Below, in pieces: positions 27,435 to 32,000 of a stretch of 32,000 bases of DNA. Position 1 is the stretch's first letter. Every line of letters starts with the position of its first letter. Origin of the DNA: Xanthomonas campestris pv. campestris str. ATCC 33913 (GTDB taxonomy: Bacteria > Pseudomonadota > Gammaproteobacteria > Xanthomonadales > Xanthomonadaceae). The stretch is from NCBI RefSeq assembly GCF_000007145.1, contig NC_003902.1, positions 4,046,497 through 4,078,496 of the forward strand, given 5' to 3'. Both the position numbers and the translations under genes were made by a program. The notes beneath the pieces are model-generated. The model was not told the DNA's origin. It ran no database searches and was given only the letters and a program-made list of their open reading frames with translations.

Positions 27435-28631
27435 TCAGCCGAGTGCCAAGGTGTTGAATTGCAAAATGGGCAACAGGATGGACAACACGATCACTGCCAC
27501 TACGCCGCCCAGCAGCACGATGATCAGCGGCTCCAGCAGGCTCATCGCCGCAGTGGTGAACGACTCGAATTCGCGCTCCAGATAGTCGGCGGCACGTTCC
27601 AGCATCGGCGCCAGGCGCCCGCTGTTTTCGCCGCTGGAGGCCATGTACAACAAGGTGGGTGGAAACACGCCCGCGCGCTTCATCGCCGCGCCCAGGCTGC
27701 CGCCTTCGCGGATGGCGGTGACCATGCTGTCGGTGGCCAGGCGCAGCGCATGGTTGTCCACGGTGCGCGCGGCGATCATCAGCCCTTCCATCAACGGCAG
27801 GCCGCTGTTGACCATGATCGCCAGGGTGCGCGCCATGCGTGCGGCATGCAGGTCGCGCAGCAAGCGCCCCAGCAGCGGCGCGCGCAGGATTGCCCGGTCG
27901 ATCGCCAGCCGCACCGGCGGGCGCTTGCGCACCTGCACGGCCACCACCGCAGCGATCACGCCAGCCACCAGCAGTGGAATGCCGGCATGCAGCAGAAACT
28001 GCGAGAGCGCGATGACCGCGCGGGTGAGCCACGGCAGTGCGCGGCCCATCGAATCGAACTGGTCCACCACCTTGGGCACCACAAAGGTCATCAGCACGAT
28101 GACCACCACTCCGGCGGTCATTGCCAACGCTGCCGGGTACACCAGTGCGGATTGCAGCTTGCTGCGCACCTGCGCCTGGCGCTCGAGCAGGTCGGCCAGG
28201 CGCTCGAGCACCTGCGGCAAGGCCCCGGCGCTTTCGCCGGCCGCCACCATCGCGCGGTACAGCGGCGGGAAGGCAGTGCCCTGGCGCGCCATCGCATCGG
28301 ACAGGCGGAAGCCTTCGACCACCAATGCATGCGTCTGGCCGGTCACCGCGCGCACGCCGCGGCGCTCGGACTGGGTGCCGATGGTACGCAGCGCTTCTTC
28401 CAGCGGTGCGGTGTCCACCAGGGTGGCGAGCTGGCGGGTGAACAACACCAGGTCCTTGCCGCTGAAGCGCGCCGCGCGCATCGGCGTGGTAGCCGCTGCC
28501 GGCTCCACCCGCAATGGCACCCATTGGCGCTGCTCCAGCAAGCTGCGCGCACTGCGCACGCTGTCGGCGCTGATCACGCCGTGGCGATTGCGGCCGTGCA
28601 GATCCAGCACGGTGTAGTCAAACTTCGCCAT
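27435..28631 (-). CDS. gspF: Type II secretion system inner-membrane platform protein F
   Basis: Encodes 398 aa. The N-terminus is MAKFDYTVLDLHGRNRHGVI... The product contains two GspF/PilC repeat domains and three TM segments. The start overlaps the gspE 3' end by 14 nt. Confidence 0.93.
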   Translation of the reverse strand: MAKFDYTVLDLHGRNRHGVISADSVRSARSLLEQRQWVPLRVEPAAATTPMRAARFSGKDLVLFTRQLATLVDTAPLEEALRTIGTQSERRGVRAVTGQTHALVVEGFRLSDAMARQGTAFPPLYRAMVAAGESAGALPQVLERLADLLERQAQVRSKLQSALVYPAALAMTAGVVVIVLMTFVVPKVVDQFDSMGRALPWLTRAVIALSQFLLHAGIPLLVAGVIAAVVAVQVRKRPPVRLAIDRAILRAPLLGRLLRDLHAARMARTLAIMVNSGLPLMEGLMIAARTVDNHALRLATDSMVTAIREGGSLGAAMKRAGVFPPTLLYMASSGENSGRLAPMLERAADYLEREFESFTTAAMSLLEPLIIVLLGGVVAVIVLSILLPILQFNTLALG

Positions 28632-30117
28632 GCGCCTCGTCCTGCTGACGGGTGACGCGCAAGGCTTCTTCCAGCGTGGTCACGCCTTGCAGCACGGCCG
28701 CGCGCGCGGCGTCGCCCAGGCGCGGCGCACGTACGAAGGCCGCGGCGGCCAATGCGTCTTCGTCGGCGTTGTCGCCGATCAGCCGGCGCACGGTGTCGTC
28801 GACGGTGATGGCTTCGTAGATCCCCAAGCGCCCAGCATAGCCACTGTGGTGACAGGCCGCACAGCCGGCGGCGCTGTAGATCACCGCATCGGTAGATGTG
28901 CCCAGCATCTGCGTGGTTGCCGCATCCAGCGGCCGTGGCGTGCGGCAGTGCGTGCACAGCCGGCGCACTAGCCGCTGCGCCAGGATCAGGCGCAGGCTGG
29001 AGGCCAGCAGGAATGGTTCGATGCCCATGTCGCGCAGGCGCGTGACCGCGCCCACCGCATCGTTGGTGTGCACGGTGGACAGCACCAGGTGGCCGGTGAG
29101 GCTGGCCTGCACGGCGATCTGCGCAGTTTCGGTATCGCGGATCTCGCCGATCATCACCACGTCCGGGTCCTGGCGCAGGATTGCACGCAGGCCGGCGGCA
29201 AAGGTCATGCCCACGCGCGCATTGACCTGGGTCTGGCCAACGCCGTCGATGGCGTATTCCACCGGGTCTTCAATAGTGAGGATGTTGCGCGAACCGTCGT
29301 TGAGCAGGCTCAGCCCGGCATACAGCGTGGTGGTCTTGCCCGAGCCGGTGGGCCCGGTCACCAGCACGATGCCGTTGGGCACCTGCAGCGCGCGTTGCAC
29401 TGCGCCCATCACACCGGCGGGCATGCCCAACTGGGTCAGCGACAAGGTGCCCTGCTCCTTGTCCAGGATACGCAGCACCACGCGTTCGCTGCCACGGGTG
29501 GGCAGAGTGGAAACGCGCACATCCAGCGCCTTGGCGCCCATGGCCAATGACACCCGGCCATCTTGAGGGATGCGTTTCTCTGCGATATCCAGGCGCGCCA
29601 TCACCTTGACGCGCGAGACCAGCAACGGCGCGATCCGCCCCGGCAAGGTCGCCGCTTCGCGCATCACCCCGTCCACGCGCAAGCGCACGCGCAGGCGCGA
29701 CTCGTACGATTCCAGATGCACGTCGGACGCACCCAGGCGTGCGGCCTCGGCGATGATGCCGTTGATCAGGCGGATGATCGGCGCATCGTCCTGGCTGTCG
29801 AGCAGATCGGCGGTGGGGATATCTTCGATCAGCGAATCCAGGCTGCCGTGCAGGTCCAGCGCTTCCACCGGCATGCCCTGCTCCAGCCCGGCATCGGCAT
29901 AGATTTCCGACACGTGCCGGTCGAACACCGCCGGTGCCAACGTGCGCACCTGCAACGGCACGCCAAGCACGCGGCGCACTTCGATCAAGGCCTGCACGTC
30001 GCCACCGGCGCGCAGGCCGACCTGCGCCTGCGCGGCGTTATCGCCGCCGAGCAGCACCACGCCGTGGCGCTTGGCAAACGCGTACGACAGCGTGGCCGTG
30101 GGAGTGGTGGTCGACAT
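28618..30117 (-). CDS. gspE: Type II secretion system ATPase E
   Basis: Encodes 499 aa from the ATG at 30117, 4 nt after the gspD stop. It carries Walker A (GPTGSGKTTT), Asp/His boxes, Walker B (VVMIGEIRD) and the tetracysteine Zn motif CTHC...CAAC. The track start at 30258 is an Arg/Pro-rich extension overlapping gspD. Confidence 0.95.
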   Translation of the reverse strand: MSTTTPTATLSYAFAKRHGVVLLGGDNAAQAQVGLRAGGDVQALIEVRRVLGVPLQVRTLAPAVFDRHVSEIYADAGLEQGMPVEALDLHGSLDSLIEDIPTADLLDSQDDAPIIRLINGIIAEAARLGASDVHLESYESRLRVRLRVDGVMREAATLPGRIAPLLVSRVKVMARLDIAEKRIPQDGRVSLAMGAKALDVRVSTLPTRGSERVVLRILDKEQGTLSLTQLGMPAGVMGAVQRALQVPNGIVLVTGPTGSGKTTTLYAGLSLLNDGSRNILTIEDPVEYAIDGVGQTQVNARVGMTFAAGLRAILRQDPDVVMIGEIRDTETAQIAVQASLTGHLVLSTVHTNDAVGAVTRLRDMGIEPFLLASSLRLILAQRLVRRLCTHCRTPRPLDAATTQMLGTSTDAVIYSAAGCAACHHSGYAGRLGIYEAITVDDTVRRLIGDNADEDALAAAAFVRAPRLGDAARAAVLQGVTTLEEALRVTRQQDEAHGEV

Positions 30118-30121
30118 GCTG

Positions 30122-32000
30122 TCAGCGCGTGCGCGGCGCGGCGGTGGGTGCCGGCGCCTGCGGCGCAGGCGCGGTGGGCGCGGACGCCGGCAGCTGTGGC
30201 GGCTGTGCACGCAGGTAGTCGCGCACCAACGCATCCAGGGCCGCTTCCGGGTCGCCATCGGCCAGCTGCCGGTCGCGCAGGTAGTTGTAGCGTGGCGCGG
30301 TCATGCGCTGCGCATCGGCGGCGTCGCGGATGATGGTGGGGCGGATGAAGACCATCAGGTTGGTCTTGTCGCGGTTACGCGACTTGTGCCGGAACAACGC
30401 GCCCAACCCGGGCACGTCGCCCAGCAGCGGAACCTTCTCCACGGTCTGCCGGTCGTTCTGATCCAGCAAGCCGCCCAGCGCGACGATGGCACCGTTCTCC
30501 ACCACCACGCGGGTTTCGATCTGGCGCTTGTTGAACACCAGCTCGGAGGACTGCGTGCTCACCGGCCCGGCAATGGCCGAGACTTCCTGCTTGATCGCCA
30601 GCGTGATGCCACCGGCGGTGTTGATCTGCGGGCGTACCTCCAGCTCAACGCCCACATCCTGGCGCTGGATGGTGCGGAACGGATTGTCATTGGCCGCGCC
30701 CAGCACTTCGCCGGTGGTAATCGGCACTTCCTGGCCCACCAGGATGCGTGCCTGCTCGTTGTCCAGGGTCATGATCGACGGCGTGGACAACAGGTTGGAG
30801 CCGGTGTCGCTCTTGACTGCATCGATGATCATGCCGAACACCGCATCGTTGCTTTGCCCGGCCAGGCCGATCAGCCCGCCGCTCAATCCGAGCAGCGATT
30901 GCGCGGCCACGTTGCGCGCCTGCTCCAGTACCGAATCGTCTTCCCCGTTATTGCTGCGCGTGCCGGCGGCCGCAGCGGCCAGGGGCACGATGCCCGGCGC
31001 CGCGCCGCTGTACTGCGTGGCCAGCAACGGCACGGTGCCATTGCGCCCGGCCAGCAGCAGCTGCACGCCCAGACGCTTGGCGGCGGTGTCGGAAATCTCC
31101 ACCACGATCGCTTCCACCAGCACCTGCTCGCGGTGCACGTCGAGCTGGCGGATCACGTCCATCAAGGCGCGCTGGGTTTCCGGGTCGGCATTGATGATCA
31201 GGGCATTGGAACCGGGGTAGCGCACGATCACCGGGCGCTTGCCGGCGGCCGGTGCAATCACCTGCGCCTGCGCAGCGCCAGCACTCGCGGCCACATCCAC
31301 GGCGGTGGGGCGCGTCTCTTGCCCTGGCTCCGCCTCGTTACCCGGGGTTTGCCCAACCAGTTGCTGCAACACCGGCAGCAGTTGTTCGGCGCTGGCGTGC
31401 TGCAGGCGCACCACGCTGACATCGCCACGGCGCTCGGCCCGCCCATCCAGATCCAGTGCGGTGCGTACCACGCGCTGCACCAATGCCGGGTCGCCCCGCA
31501 CGATCAACGAATTGCTGCTCTCCACCGGCAACACCGACAACACCGCGCTGCGCTCGCCGGCCTGGCCAAACAGCGTGGTGAGCGTCCGCGCCAGTTCCTG
31601 CGCCGAGCTGTTGCGCAGCGTCACCGTGTCGATGGCGGCGCGGTCGGTGTCGATCTGCGCCACCAGGCCACGGATGCGGCGCAGGTTGTCGGCGTAGTCG
31701 GCGATCAACAGGCTATTGCCCTGCGGCATCGCCATGATCACCCCGCCGCGCCCCACCAGCGGCTTGAGGATCTCTGCCGCACTGCGCGCATCCACGCGCT
31801 GCAGCGTGAACACCTGGGTGGCGAAGCCGAGATTGCCGCTGGCCGCGCTGCCGGGCTGCTGCGCGGCGGTGTCGTCGGGGATGATGCGGTAGGTCGATGG
31901 CCCGCTGGACACAGCAATCAAGCCATTCGCACGCAGCACCGCCAGCAGCATGCCCAGCAGGTCGGCTTCGGACATGGCCTGCGCACGCGCCACATTGACC
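30122..32000 (-). CDS. gspD: Type II secretion system secretin D (5' end outside window)
   Basis: At least 625 aa are visible, and the frame is open to the window edge. It contains N1-N3 periplasmic repeats and the C-terminal secretin domain (VPLLGDVPGLGALFRHKSRNRDKTNLMVFIRPTIIRD). An Ala/Pro-rich tail follows. Confidence 0.93.
   Translation of the reverse strand, partial: VNVARAQAMSEADLLGMLLAVLRANGLIAVSSGPSTYRIIPDDTAAQQPGSAASGNLGFATQVFTLQRVDARSAAEILKPLVGRGGVIMAMPQGNSLLIADYADNLRRIRGLVAQIDTDRAAIDTVTLRNSSAQELARTLTTLFGQAGERSAVLSVLPVESSNSLIVRGDPALVQRVVRTALDLDGRAERRGDVSVVRLQHASAEQLLPVLQQLVGQTPGNEAEPGQETRPTAVDVAASAGAAQAQVIAPAAGKRPVIVRYPGSNALIINADPETQRALMDVIRQLDVHREQVLVEAIVVEISDTAAKRLGVQLLLAGRNGTVPLLATQYSGAAPGIVPLAAAAAGTRSNNGEDDSVLEQARNVAAQSLLGLSGGLIGLAGQSNDAVFGMIIDAVKSDTGSNLLSTPSIMTLDNEQARILVGQEVPITTGEVLGAANDNPFRTIQRQDVGVELEVRPQINTAGGITLAIKQEVSAIAGPVSTQSSELVFNKRQIETRVVVENGAIVALGGLLDQNDRQTVEKVPLLGDVPGLGALFRHKSRNRDKTNLMVFIRPTIIRDAADAQRMTAPRYNYLRDRQLADGDPEAALDALVRDYLRAQPPQLPASAPTAPAPQAPAPTAAPRTR

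Noticed and set aside
27409-28524. Long upstream extension of the gspG frame (track ORF 26944-28524, 526 aa)
   Set aside because: The extension overlaps gspF out of frame and is Arg/Gly/Ala/Pro-rich. Only the last 154 codons look like a pseudopilin. Similar artefactual extensions were trimmed for gspE (30118-30258), gspK (25460-25576) and gspL (24471-25097).
1-32000. Search for mobile elements, CRISPR arrays, tRNA/rRNA genes, toxin-antitoxin or defence-island-like cassettes
   Set aside because: I found no transposase, integrase or recombinase-like ORFs. There are no regularly spaced direct repeats and no tRNA-like T-arm (GGTTCGAATCC-type) sequences. There is no compositionally aberrant multi-gene block, and all coding-like ORFs were assigned to housekeeping, sugar-utilisation or T2SS families.

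Overview
High-GC (roughly mid-60s % by eye) gamma-proteobacterial chromosome. Gene content and order look Xanthomonas-like. This is an inference from family recognition, since no database search was possible.

The window holds four blocks:
(1) Positions 1-4212, + strand: a choline-to-glycine-betaine module, betT (5'-truncated), betB and betA.
(2) Positions 4213-11500: a 740-bp intergenic region with nested palindromic REP-like repeats, a TonB-dependent receptor (-), soluble lytic transglycosylase slt (+) and the CCA-adding enzyme cca (+).
(3) Positions 11501-21971, - strand: an N-acetylglucosamine (GlcNAc) utilisation locus of the Xanthomonas type. It contains a TonB-dependent receptor preceded by a 24-nt LacI-type palindrome, an S41 peptidase, nagA, a SIS-type nagB-II, the LacI regulator nagR, the MFS permease nagP, and the GntR/HutC regulator nagQ preceded by TGGTAYN direct repeats.
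(4) Positions 22241-32000, - strand: a type II secretion gene string, gspD (5' end outside the window)-E-F-G-H-I-J-K-L-M-N. It is tightly packed, and its secretin-first order matches the second (Xcs-type) T2SS of xanthomonads rather than Xps.

I found no rRNA, tRNA, CRISPR array, IS element, integrase or prophage genes.

On novelty: every long ORF with coding-like third-position GC bias can be assigned to a known family, and I see no unassigned multi-gene cassette. The observations most worth follow-up are:
- the same-strand juxtaposition of the poorly understood Xcs-type T2SS with the GlcNAc regulon;
- the S41 peptidase, with an unassigned N-terminal domain, embedded in that sugar locus;
- the two operator-like sites;
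- the REP-like repeat family.

Many long ORFs in the supplied track are antisense or out-of-frame artefacts of the high GC content and were rejected.
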